In this document: in pieces, positions 47,881 to 57,430 of the stretch | Layout: each line of letters begins with the position of its first letter | Position numbering within the stretch: position 1 is the stretch's first letter | Source of the DNA: an uncultured Methanosarcinales archaeon | GTDB lineage: Archaea > Nanobdellota > Nanobdellia > Woesearchaeales > JAGVZT01 | DNA length: 64,000 bases | Assembly: GCA_964444505.1 (NCBI GenBank) | Contig: CAYUHF010000007.1 | Coordinates: 6,720 to 70,719 of the forward strand | Reading direction: 5' to 3' | The notes under the pieces: generated by a model | What the model was told of the DNA's origin: nothing | Databases searched by the model: none | What the model saw: only the letters and a program-made list of their open reading frames with translations | Translations under genes and position numbers: made by a program

Positions 47881-49045
47881 AGCTATGACTGGTGCAGATT
47901 CTGCAGGTTTTGCTATGAAGCAGATTGAGCCGGATGTTGTTGCTGCTTATCCTATTACTCCTCAGACTCCGGTGATGCACAAGTTTGCCAGTTATATTGC
48001 TGATGGAAAGATCAGAACAGAACTGATAAGAGTGGAGTCAGAGCATTCTGCAATGTCTGCTTCTGTTGGTGCTGCTTCTGCTGGCGCTAGAGTGATGACG
48101 GCTACTGCTGCAAATGGTCTAGCTCTTATGATTGAGATTGTTTATATTGCTTCTTCATTAAGACTTCCGATTGTCATGAATGTTGTGAACAGGGCATTGA
48201 GTGCTCCGATTAATATTCACTGTGATCATTCTGATTCTATGATGTGCAGGGATACAAGCTGGATACAGCTTTATTCTGAGAATCCGCAGGAAGTTTATGA
48301 TAACACGATTATTGCTATGAAGCTTGCTGAAGATGAAAAAGTTCATCTTCCAACTATGGTTTGCCAGGATGGTTTTATTACAAGCCATTCTGTTGAGCGT
48401 GTTGAAGTTGTTGAAGACCAGAAAGTAAAAGATTTTGTTGGGGAGCACAAACCATGGTATCCTCTGCTTGATGTTGACAAGCCGGTAACATATGGTCCTC
48501 TGGACTTGTTTGATTACTATTTTGAACACAAGAGACAGCAGAGTGAGGCCATGACTCATGTTTTTGATACTTTTAACAGGGTAAGTTCTGAGTATGAAAA
48601 ATTAACAGGAAGAAAACTGAATATTATTGAGCCGTACAGGTTAGAGGATGCTGAATATGCTGTTGTTGCTCTTAGCTCAAGTGCTGGTACAGCAAAGTAT
48701 GTTGTTGACCAGATGAGAGAAAAGGGTGTCAAGGCAGGATTACTTAAGATAAGAATGTTTAGGCCTTTTCCCAAGGTGAGAATTGTTAATGCCCTGAAGC
48801 ATGTCAAGGCTTTTGCTGTTCTTGACAGGTCTGAGACTTTTAGCCTGCAGGGTGGGCCTTTGTTTATTGAGACAAGGTCAGCTTTTTATCAGGAAAAGAA
48901 CAGGCCAAAAGTTATCAATTATATTTACGGACTTGGAGGCAGGGAACTAAAGCTTTCTCATATCGAAAGAGTTTTTGACGAACTGCAGGAAGTTGATGAG
49001 AATAATTACATTAGATACCTGGGGGTCAGAAATGGTGAATCTTAA
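47870..49045 (+). CDS. porA: pyruvate:ferredoxin oxidoreductase alpha subunit
   Basis: PFOR domain I; 391 aa. The gene order gamma-delta-alpha-beta is the archaeal arrangement. Confidence 0.85.
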   Translation: MKIKAMTGADSAGFAMKQIEPDVVAAYPITPQTPVMHKFASYIADGKIRTELIRVESEHSAMSASVGAASAGARVMTATAANGLALMIEIVYIASSLRLPIVMNVVNRALSAPINIHCDHSDSMMCRDTSWIQLYSENPQEVYDNTIIAMKLAEDEKVHLPTMVCQDGFITSHSVERVEVVEDQKVKDFVGEHKPWYPLLDVDKPVTYGPLDLFDYYFEHKRQQSEAMTHVFDTFNRVSSEYEKLTGRKLNIIEPYRLEDAEYAVVALSSSAGTAKYVVDQMREKGVKAGLLKIRMFRPFPKVRIVNALKHVKAFAVLDRSETFSLQGGPLFIETRSAFYQEKNRPKVINYIYGLGGRELKLSHIERVFDELQEVDENNYIRYLGVRNGES

Positions 49046-49955
49046 AGAATTATCGAAAAGGCCTGACAGGTTAAGGCCAGGTCACAGGATGTGTATTGGG
49101 TGCGGTGTACCTATTGGTATCAGGCAGATTCTTAAAGGGACTGACAAGCCTGTTGTTGTTGGAAATGCAACTGGTTGTCTTGAGGTCTGTACTACGATTT
49201 ATCCTTATACTGCATGGAATACTCCTTTTATTCACAATGCTTTTGAGAATGTTGGTGCCACCATGGCTGGTGTTGAAACTGCCTACAGAAAACTAAAAGA
49301 GAGAGGCAAAATTGACAAGGATATCAAATTTTTAGCTATTGGTGGTGACGGCGGCACTTATGATATCGGGCTGCAGAGTATGTCTGGTATGCTTGAGCGT
49401 GGTCACAATGTTTTTTATGTCTGCTATGACAATGAGGCCTATATGAACACTGGTATTCAGAGAAGTTCTGCTACTCCTTATGGGGCCAGTACAAAAACAG
49501 ATCCTGCTGGCAAGGCCAGTCCTGGAAAGCAGGAGTTCAAGAAGGACTTGACAAAGGTTGTTGCTGCCCATAATATTCCTTATGTGTGCCAGGCTTCTAT
49601 TCATAATTACACTGATACTATAAGAAAGGCAAAGAAAGCTTTTGAAACTGATGGTCCTGCGTTTATGAATATCTTAACTCCGTGCACTGCAGGGTGGGTT
49701 TTTCCACAGAATAAGACTGTTGAGATTTCTGAACTTGCAACAAAGACTTGTTTCTGGCCTTTGTATGAGATTGAGAATGGCAAATATAAACTGAACTATG
49801 ATCCTGGTGATAATAAGCTGCCTGTTACAGAATGGTTCAAGACCCAGAGAAGATTTAGTCATCTTTTCAAGCCTGAGAATAAGCATCTTCTTGAGAAGAT
49901 TCAGGCGCATGTTGATGAAGAGTGGGAGAGTCTCAAAAATTTATGTAATGCTTAG
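49032..49955 (+). CDS. porB: pyruvate:ferredoxin oxidoreductase beta subunit (TPP-binding)
   Basis: CIGCG motif and TPP fold (GGDG). The start is taken at MVNLKEL, overlapping porA. Confidence 0.85.
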   Translation: MVNLKELSKRPDRLRPGHRMCIGCGVPIGIRQILKGTDKPVVVGNATGCLEVCTTIYPYTAWNTPFIHNAFENVGATMAGVETAYRKLKERGKIDKDIKFLAIGGDGGTYDIGLQSMSGMLERGHNVFYVCYDNEAYMNTGIQRSSATPYGASTKTDPAGKASPGKQEFKKDLTKVVAAHNIPYVCQASIHNYTDTIRKAKKAFETDGPAFMNILTPCTAGWVFPQNKTVEISELATKTCFWPLYEIENGKYKLNYDPGDNKLPVTEWFKTQRRFSHLFKPENKHLLEKIQAHVDEEWESLKNLCNA

Positions 49956-50585
49956 GAACTCTTTTGCTTTTACTCCAATGATTGGTGAGAATCTGGGATT
50001 GTTCTTTATAGACTCAAGGTATTTCAAATACTCTTCAAGGTCATCAATAGGAACAGACATCCTGCCAAAATAAGCAGGAGAGATGTACTCGTCTACTTTT
50101 TTTCGTGCAGCTTCCCATTCATCTGCAAATTCACTGAAGACTCTCTTAAGCTCCTCTTCAGATAGTTTGTGTTGTTTTGCCAGGTTCCTCAGGCCTGCTT
50201 CAAGCTTTCTGCGCAAAATCGGGTTTTGAAGTGCTGAGCTCCCTCTATACTGGTATCTATGAGTAATAAAACCTCCAAGAGTCATCTCCCCGCGTACATC
50301 ATATAGTTCTTCATAGATTTCTTTTATTCGTGCCTGCAGATGCCTGTATCTTTTTACCTTTTTCTCAATCTTTTTCTTGAGCTTTTCCATGTGATTAACA
50401 TCCCTCATAACTCTCAATTCATCTTTTTCAAGTAATTTCAAGACATTTTCCAGAAGTTGCCTGTCAACTGGAGTTTCTGAATCAACATCGTATTGGTGTA
50501 TGAGTCCAAGGAGCTCTCTGTGGTGGTGTTTCTCCTTTTCAAGAATATCTCTCACTGTTCTTATGAGTTCCTGCTTTTCGCGCAT
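49941..50585 (-). CDS. hypothetical coiled-coil protein
   Basis: 214 aa, rich in charged heptads. Confidence 0.4.
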   Translation of the reverse strand: MREKQELIRTVRDILEKEKHHHRELLGLIHQYDVDSETPVDRQLLENVLKLLEKDELRVMRDVNHMEKLKKKIEKKVKRYRHLQARIKEIYEELYDVRGEMTLGGFITHRYQYRGSSALQNPILRRKLEAGLRNLAKQHKLSEEELKRVFSEFADEWEAARKKVDEYISPAYFGRMSVPIDDLEEYLKYLESIKNNPRFSPIIGVKAKEFLSIT

Positions 50586-50679
50586 GTGAATTAAACAGAG
50601 TAATGTGTATAAAGGTTTTTCTAAAACAATACAAAAGCTTCAGGTAAATTATTTATATTAATAAAATTCAAGAGTTGAC

Positions 50680-51312
50680 ATGAGGTACAAAGTGGATGGA
50701 GTAGTATTTGATTGCTGGAATACTCTTTTTCATACTTATTATGACAGACACCATTATGACATTGTCAGGAAAAGATTGGATATATCCTATTCTAAGTATA
50801 TGAAGAAATTTGAAGAAAAAATGATGTTAAGAAGGATTGATGATTACGAGCAGTCTATTAGGGATTTCTTCACTGATCTCGGTATTGATTTTTCAGAGAA
50901 TGATGTTATTGAGTTTGCAGGAATAAACATGAAAAGACTTAGCACAGCAAGACCTTATCCTGAAACAAACAAGATTATTTGTAAGTTAAATGCATTCAAG
51001 CTTGGCATTATCACCAATACACAGAAAATTGCATTTGAAAAAATCAGAAAATTCAAAATCATCAAGGAATTTGATGTAATAATAACCTCTTTTGAAAATG
51101 GACTACTTAAACCAGACAGGCGGATATTTGAACTCATGATAGACAAGATGGAAACTGACAACCTGTTGATGGTGGGTGACAATCTTCATGATGATGTCCT
51201 GGCTGCTGAATCATGTGGTTTTAAAGCCATTCTAATTGACAGGAAAAACAGATACCCTGGGTATTCAAAAAGAATCAAAAACCTGAGTCAGTTGGTAAGC
51301 ATACTTGAATAA
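50680..51312 (+). CDS. HAD-superfamily hydrolase
   Basis: N-terminal FDCWNTLF (motif I-like) and C-terminal VGDNLHDD (motif IV). Confidence 0.6.
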   Translation: MRYKVDGVVFDCWNTLFHTYYDRHHYDIVRKRLDISYSKYMKKFEEKMMLRRIDDYEQSIRDFFTDLGIDFSENDVIEFAGINMKRLSTARPYPETNKIICKLNAFKLGIITNTQKIAFEKIRKFKIIKEFDVIITSFENGLLKPDRRIFELMIDKMETDNLLMVGDNLHDDVLAAESCGFKAILIDRKNRYPGYSKRIKNLSQLVSILE

Positions 51313-52919
51313 AGGCATTCTAATGGTTTTATCCAGTAAGGGTTCAGAACAGACTGATTATTCTGTATGATGAACGGAGAGCAGTCACAAGTGTCAGGCA
51401 CACCAAGTATTCTAAAAAGCTGCCTTCCCTTTTCAATGGGCTGTCCATTTTCCAGACTCCCACCTCCGATACTTACGCGGAAACTTCCATTTGCAGGTGA
51501 TACAGTTTTTGGAAAACTTTCACTGTAGCCTGACCATTCCCAGCTCCAGCCATCCTGCACTGGAATAACATCATATATTCCCTGAGGTAAATCCCGTCTT
51601 GCAAGTAAACTTTCCTTAGAGGCAACTTTGATATAGAAAGAACCTTTCCTGTTAGTGCTGTATGCCTGTCCTATCTCATAATTTGCTTGTCTCAACTCAC
51701 TTACAAGCTGCTGCATATAGGGCTCAGAAAAGTCAGCAAAAGTGTTTAGAAATGCCAGTTTTGTCAATGATGGTAAGCCTACTTTTTCAGCATCTTCACT
51801 CATTCGCTCTGAAGGACCCTGCGGTCTGCTGTTGATCTCATTGACATATACTTGCCCTGAGTCATCAAATATTAAATCACATCCAGCAACATTTGTCCAT
51901 CCAAGAGTTGCAAGAAAATGTGAAAGTTTATTTCCAATATCACTTATCTTTTCACGCTGTTCTTTTGGGTAAACATAAGCCAATGAATTGCCAACACCAC
52001 TGCTTTCCTTTGGCGTGAGCATGGGTTCTCCTACAACTTTGAGTGTTGCCCGTCCCGAAATTCCATAAACAGTGCTTCTGCCGATTCCTTCCTGCAATGA
52101 CATGGCGAGAAGCTTTTCAACCTGCCCATGGTCGCCCACATCAAAATCAGGAGGAATCTCAACTCTTTTGCAGCCATATCTGGCGGGCATCATGTTTCCG
52201 CATACAAAAGAAAGGTTTCCTTCAGAGCCTGATATGTAGCTGGACATCTTCACATTACCTTCTCTCTGTGCCACTATCTTTAATGTCTTTTCCAGTGTTG
52301 TGGTTATCACAGTTCCCCTGCCACCAGCAGACCTCCACCCTTCTTCCAGTCCACACTGGATCACTACTCTTCCTTCTTCGTCCCTTAATGTGTTGTAATA
52401 ATCTGTAACTTTTTCAGGGCTTTGTCTTGATTCAAAAACTTTATTTGGTATCACATGTTTTTTTAGACCAGCATAAGTAAGGATTGTCTCAAGGTTCAGC
52501 TTGTTTTCAATAAATGACCTCAGTGTTCCCCCAGGAGAAGCGAGAATGTTTATTTCAGGGTGTTCTGACTGAAAAACAGAACTCCAGCTCGGGCTCAGTG
52601 GTGAATACGTGTAAATAAAAACATCTGAATAGTCTCCGTTATAAGGATACTGCTGGACAATTTTTCTGGTAGTCTCAGAAGACTTTGACATGCCTCGAGT
52701 GTCAACACCAGGGACACCGACCTGTGGAATATCAGGAAAAACACGGTCACCTTCAGGTCCACCAATTATTATTGAATCCAGTCCATAGTGGTGTGCAAGA
52801 TCCAGTTGGTGCATACGCTCAGGGAGATATGTCAATCCTACAAGCAGAGCATCCTGTTGAATCATGTTTTGGACAGTTCTCTGGAAGGCATTTACCACCT
52901 TTTGCTTTAAATCAGCCAT
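51288..52919 (-). CDS. multidomain ATP-grasp-containing protein
   Basis: Central VYVNEINSRPQG (ATP-grasp E-x-N-x-RP motif). The C-terminal domain is Trp-rich (DGWSWEWSGY). Confidence 0.45.
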   Translation of the reverse strand: MADLKQKVVNAFQRTVQNMIQQDALLVGLTYLPERMHQLDLAHHYGLDSIIIGGPEGDRVFPDIPQVGVPGVDTRGMSKSSETTRKIVQQYPYNGDYSDVFIYTYSPLSPSWSSVFQSEHPEINILASPGGTLRSFIENKLNLETILTYAGLKKHVIPNKVFESRQSPEKVTDYYNTLRDEEGRVVIQCGLEEGWRSAGGRGTVITTTLEKTLKIVAQREGNVKMSSYISGSEGNLSFVCGNMMPARYGCKRVEIPPDFDVGDHGQVEKLLAMSLQEGIGRSTVYGISGRATLKVVGEPMLTPKESSGVGNSLAYVYPKEQREKISDIGNKLSHFLATLGWTNVAGCDLIFDDSGQVYVNEINSRPQGPSERMSEDAEKVGLPSLTKLAFLNTFADFSEPYMQQLVSELRQANYEIGQAYSTNRKGSFYIKVASKESLLARRDLPQGIYDVIPVQDGWSWEWSGYSESFPKTVSPANGSFRVSIGGGSLENGQPIEKGRQLFRILGVPDTCDCSPFIIQNNQSVLNPYWIKPLECLYSSMLTN

Positions 52920-53157
52920 TTTGTGTTTTATACTCCTAATTAGTATCTAAAACACCTCAATTTTTTGTAATATTTCAAAAATCAGCCTATCTGATAAACT
53001 TGTATAAGTAAATTATATATGATTATGTAAATTATATCATTTTATATAACATAATAGTTAAATTAGTAACTAATATATAAATTTTTCCTAATTGTAATAA
53101 CTATTGAGTAATAAATATTATGATAATCATGCCATAATTTCAGTAAAAAGTAAAGAA

Positions 53158-54885
53158 CTAATTAAATAACTCCTCAATCATCTCAATATACATTGCATTG
53201 CTCCAGCCTTGTGAAAAGCAGCCGTTGCTTTCCTGTCTTGCTGCTGAAGAGACTTCTGCGTGTCTTCCTGATGCTCCCATCCAGAGTATCTCATCTGTTG
53301 ATGCATGGAGTATTGGGAATATGTATTTTCTGAAATTCAATGTTCCTAGTCTGTGCATGTTTAGTGCTGCCATGTTGTTGATCCAGTACCAGGAGTCACC
53401 GCGGTGATAGCTCTTGTTGTCCTGGCCTGTGTAGTACAGCTGGAACAGTTCATGGTCTTTATCTATTGTTGACAATCCCCCCCATGAAAGCCAGAGTTTT
53501 GGTATTGATCTTTCATAGCATTTTATCCAGTCCTTTTTTGATAAAAGTTCAGGGTATACATAGTGTGCGATTATAAAGTTTGGTCTTATGGTGAAGTCAT
53601 TGAGGCCGTCTGCAAGTATCTCCCCGTTCCAGAACTTTTCCTGGACTCTGTAGAGCATCTCTGTTTCCATTTCTTCAAATCTTTCTTGTTTTGTCAGTTT
53701 GTATAACAGTCTGTAGAAAACAAGCTGGAGTGCCTGGATTTCTATTCTTGCTCCTTCTCTGGTGTCGCCTTTGTATTCTGTGTCCATCCAGGTTTCTTTG
53801 GGTTTGTTGTAGACAAGTCCGTTTTTTACATAGTTTTTGTGGAACCTTTCAAACATGTACTGGAGTTTTGCCTTCAAAAAAATGATCTCAGATTGATCAA
53901 GCTGGTCAGCTTCATAAAGCTGCAGGAATCTCTTTAGACACCAGCCAAGTGAGTCTGCTGAGCCAAGGTCACTATGGGGTGTTCTGTTTGGTATTCTGCC
54001 GTCTGCATCAACATATCCTATTTCTTTGAAGAGTATTTCTTTTGCTATATGGTGTCTGTTTTGGGCAATGTATGCTCCCATTGATATTGCCTCATCTCTT
54101 GTCCAGAACTGGAAAAACCACGGAAGTCCTGCAAACATTCTGCCGACAACGAGGTCATCCAGTGCCTGGACTGCTAATGTGTATGCAAAGTCAACTTCTG
54201 GATGTGATATTTTTTGATATTTTGTGTTCATCTTCTGCGGGTGTTTGAAAACAGAGTTAGCGTCATCTATTGCCTGGTTCTTATCCTTTGATGCGGTAAT
54301 TACTATTTTAGGAGCTTTTATTCTCAGCGGCTGGAAAACATGCCTGCTGTATGGTTGTGAGCCTCTGTTTTTGTCCCATTCATAATGTTTTTCAACCCAT
54401 TTTTCATCTATTGAATGCAGTCCGTTGTGTCTTACTGCAACATGCATGTCAAACTCTTTTTCACCATGTGTGGGGTCTTCTCTTGAGTCTGTTGTTTTTG
54501 TGTAGTTTATCAGTGTGCAGTCTTTTTCTTGTATGGTGTAGTTTCTGCCCCACACTCTTGCATCATAGCTTTGTCTTATGTCAAAGTTTAGTTTTACAGG
54601 GTAATTTGTATGGATTGTAAGTGCGTTTTTTGTCGGGTGAAGATAGAATCTTGCTGTGTCTGCCTCAACATATTCTATGTTGTTTTTAAGGATTTTAAAG
54701 TCAATATCAAGAGAATCAAGTATCTTGTACATTGTCTCATCAAAAACAAAGAAGCCGTCATATCTGGACTTATCTCCAGATGGCTGCATAAAGTAGCTGC
54801 CTCTCCTGTTTGAGAGAAGAAGCCTTATATCATTTACCTCTTTTTTGATGGCATTACTGCCATAACTGTACTCCACCCCAACCAT
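53158..54885 (-). CDS. archaeal-type glycogen debranching enzyme (amylo-alpha-1,6-glucosidase, GDE_C family)
   Basis: MFAGLPWFFQFWTRDEAIS (GDE_C signature). N-terminal domain plus (alpha/alpha)6 catalytic domain; 575 aa. Confidence 0.65.
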   Translation of the reverse strand: MVGVEYSYGSNAIKKEVNDIRLLLSNRRGSYFMQPSGDKSRYDGFFVFDETMYKILDSLDIDFKILKNNIEYVEADTARFYLHPTKNALTIHTNYPVKLNFDIRQSYDARVWGRNYTIQEKDCTLINYTKTTDSREDPTHGEKEFDMHVAVRHNGLHSIDEKWVEKHYEWDKNRGSQPYSRHVFQPLRIKAPKIVITASKDKNQAIDDANSVFKHPQKMNTKYQKISHPEVDFAYTLAVQALDDLVVGRMFAGLPWFFQFWTRDEAISMGAYIAQNRHHIAKEILFKEIGYVDADGRIPNRTPHSDLGSADSLGWCLKRFLQLYEADQLDQSEIIFLKAKLQYMFERFHKNYVKNGLVYNKPKETWMDTEYKGDTREGARIEIQALQLVFYRLLYKLTKQERFEEMETEMLYRVQEKFWNGEILADGLNDFTIRPNFIIAHYVYPELLSKKDWIKCYERSIPKLWLSWGGLSTIDKDHELFQLYYTGQDNKSYHRGDSWYWINNMAALNMHRLGTLNFRKYIFPILHASTDEILWMGASGRHAEVSSAARQESNGCFSQGWSNAMYIEMIEELFN

Positions 54886-55086
54886 TAGAGTATTTTAGAG
54901 GGAAGTGGTATTTAAATTTAATGCTTTTATTCTCTTTGATCTGAACATGCCTTTTTAACTAACTGGTGGTTATTGTAAGAAAATTAGGATTTTATCTATC
55001 AATACTAAAGAGATAAGTTGCTTAAAGCAGTATTTACATAAAAAGAATTTAAAAAAGCTCATCAAAAATAAAAAAAAATATTGGAA

Positions 55087-55494
55087 CTACAATGCAAGTC
55101 CTTGGAGAGCTCTTCTTTTATGCAACTTAGGAATCTTGTCCACAAAATTCCAGCTGTAATTGTGCCCTATCCTTTTTTCAAGGTCTTCAAACTCATCTGT
55201 TAAAGCATCCAAAACTGATTGCTCAGTATCTAATTCAACAAATACTGAATACTGTCTGTCCCATTCTAAGGTCACCAATGCAACTGGATCTGTCTCTTGC
55301 TTAGAGAGAAGTCCACAGAGGCATTTTTTAGTACCAAGCTGCTCTTCAAGCAAATATGAAACATCTTCGTTAATGCTTTCGTGTGTGTACCCTTCTCTTA
55401 CATTATACAGTCCAGACAAGTTCTCTGCAACTGACTCTAATGCTTCATAAGTTAGCTCTTTCACAGCGGATTGAGTGTATTCTATTTTTTCCAT
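55087..55494 (-). CDS. hypothetical acidic protein
   Basis: 135-aa ORF. Confidence 0.35.
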   Translation of the reverse strand: MEKIEYTQSAVKELTYEALESVAENLSGLYNVREGYTHESINEDVSYLLEEQLGTKKCLCGLLSKQETDPVALVTLEWDRQYSVFVELDTEQSVLDALTDEFEDLEKRIGHNYSWNFVDKIPKLHKRRALQGLAL

Positions 55495-56285
55495 TGTACT
55501 AAGTAGAATGTATTTACTATTTATAAATTTTTTGATATTTTGTTACTAAAAGGTGGCAAACATTGTGTTATCTGGATTGGTGTTCATTTTTACAGTCCAT
55601 AATTAAATCTATTATATACTGCAAATTTCTCCTACTTGTTCAGAAATTGATGTATATCCACCTGAGATTTACGTAGTTCAGGGGTCGAAATCATTGAGAA
55701 TCTTTTACTTGATATTCTGAGCTTTGATCTGTTCTTGCATCTGGACTTGAAAATAACTAAGAATCACAGCAGGGCCATATGGGTTACAAAGTATATATCC
55801 TTTTACCTACCATCAGCAGAAGAAATCATCTTTAAAAAAAGTTCAATAATTTTTTGATGATTTCTGTGATTTTTCTACCAACTTCTTGAAGATACCCAGA
55901 AATCTTTGATCTCTTTCAGATAATCTTTCAGGATGCAATTGTGTCTCTAGAATGAATCTATGATTTTTGGATTCAATTGCTTAAATAGAATCATTAAGAC
56001 ACCTTGCTGATACTAAGAAAGAATCGGATATTCCTATCAAGGTCTGCCTAGGGGTGCTATTCACCTTTATTTTTCCCCTATTAGCGAATAAAGACTACTA
56101 TTTTCATCTAAAATGATTTGGTGATTCTGCCCGTATGGATGATTTTTTCTTGTGTCTATGTCAAGTTCAAACCCTGCATATTTTCCAATCATCTGATGCC
56201 CCCCTCATGTGCCCACCAATAAAGGTACATTCTTTTCCGGAAACAGCCGTTTTTCCTATGCATAACGTACGAAATACTGACTTGA

Positions 56286-57317
56286 TTAAGCCAATATTCT
56301 TTTCATCTCCCTATAACCCGACTGAGACAATTGGGAAGGACGACCTAGGTGGTTATTGTATCTTACTAATGCAGACTGTACAATCTCGTCCAATAATTCT
56401 GAACCAGAAATGCCTGTTGCAACAGCCATTCTACCCACATAGCTGATAGGATTCTCAACTGGGATGCAAGCAAGTCCTGCAAAAGTATTTGCTTCCAAAA
56501 TAAATGGCCCTTCATCTGTCAAAATAGTGTCTATACGACCATAATCTCTCATACCAACTGCATGGTAAGCACTGAGTCCAATATTTTGCATCAAACCTGT
56601 CAGTCTTTCACTCAGATCTGCAGGACATATGAACTCAGCAAGTTCCTTTTCCTTATTTTCGAATCCTAGTACAAAATCGTCAGGATACTCAATCTCAAGC
56701 AGAGGAAGTGCTCTAGCAGGATCATTACCAAGTACACCGATAGTTATTTCACGACCTTGCAAATACCTTTCAACTAACGCAGGCTGTCCCATTTTATCTA
56801 TTATTTTGCTTGTTTTTCTGACTAACTCTTCGTAACTCTCCACCACAGAAAAATCATCAATACCTGCACTGCCCCTTCCATAGACTGGTTTCACGAAAAA
56901 TGGAAAAGCAAATGGTGGATCATCGCTAAATACTTCACAATCTTCTTTGCTACCAACTACTCTAAAGGGAGAGGTTGGCAGACCATTGAGTTGCCAAATC
57001 CTCTTTGCTAAAGATTTATCGGTTGCTACTGCAATAGAAAACTGATCTGATCCCACATATGGAATAGACAGCTCTTCTGCTAAGGCTGCTTCTATCATTG
57101 TTGACACATTGAAAAGCAAGTCAACATCAGCATTCCTAATTTTGTATAATATGTCATCTCCCCAATTAATCACTTCAACATGATATCCTGCTTTTCTCAG
57201 TGCTTCTTCATGATGTTTTACTTCTTCTTCTGTATGATCAACTACTTCTCCACCGAGTTTTTCCTGTAAAACTACATTTTCTCTCTTTTTACTCATCAAG
57301 CCGATTTTTATTTCCAT
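56286..57317 (-). CDS. ATP-grasp ligase, D-alanine--D-alanine ligase family
   Basis: Ddl-like N-terminal domain and ATP-grasp core; 343 aa. Confidence 0.65.
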   Translation of the reverse strand: MEIKIGLMSKKRENVVLQEKLGGEVVDHTEEEVKHHEEALRKAGYHVEVINWGDDILYKIRNADVDLLFNVSTMIEAALAEELSIPYVGSDQFSIAVATDKSLAKRIWQLNGLPTSPFRVVGSKEDCEVFSDDPPFAFPFFVKPVYGRGSAGIDDFSVVESYEELVRKTSKIIDKMGQPALVERYLQGREITIGVLGNDPARALPLLEIEYPDDFVLGFENKEKELAEFICPADLSERLTGLMQNIGLSAYHAVGMRDYGRIDTILTDEGPFILEANTFAGLACIPVENPISYVGRMAVATGISGSELLDEIVQSALVRYNNHLGRPSQLSQSGYREMKRILA

Positions 57318-57430
57318 TTAATTACCTCCTGATTTCAAGATCAAAGACAGAGGATACACAATTCTTCTCTGATGAAGTATGTTGGTAGTCAACCACAGTT
57401 CTTCCACTGTAATAACATACCAAAACCTAC

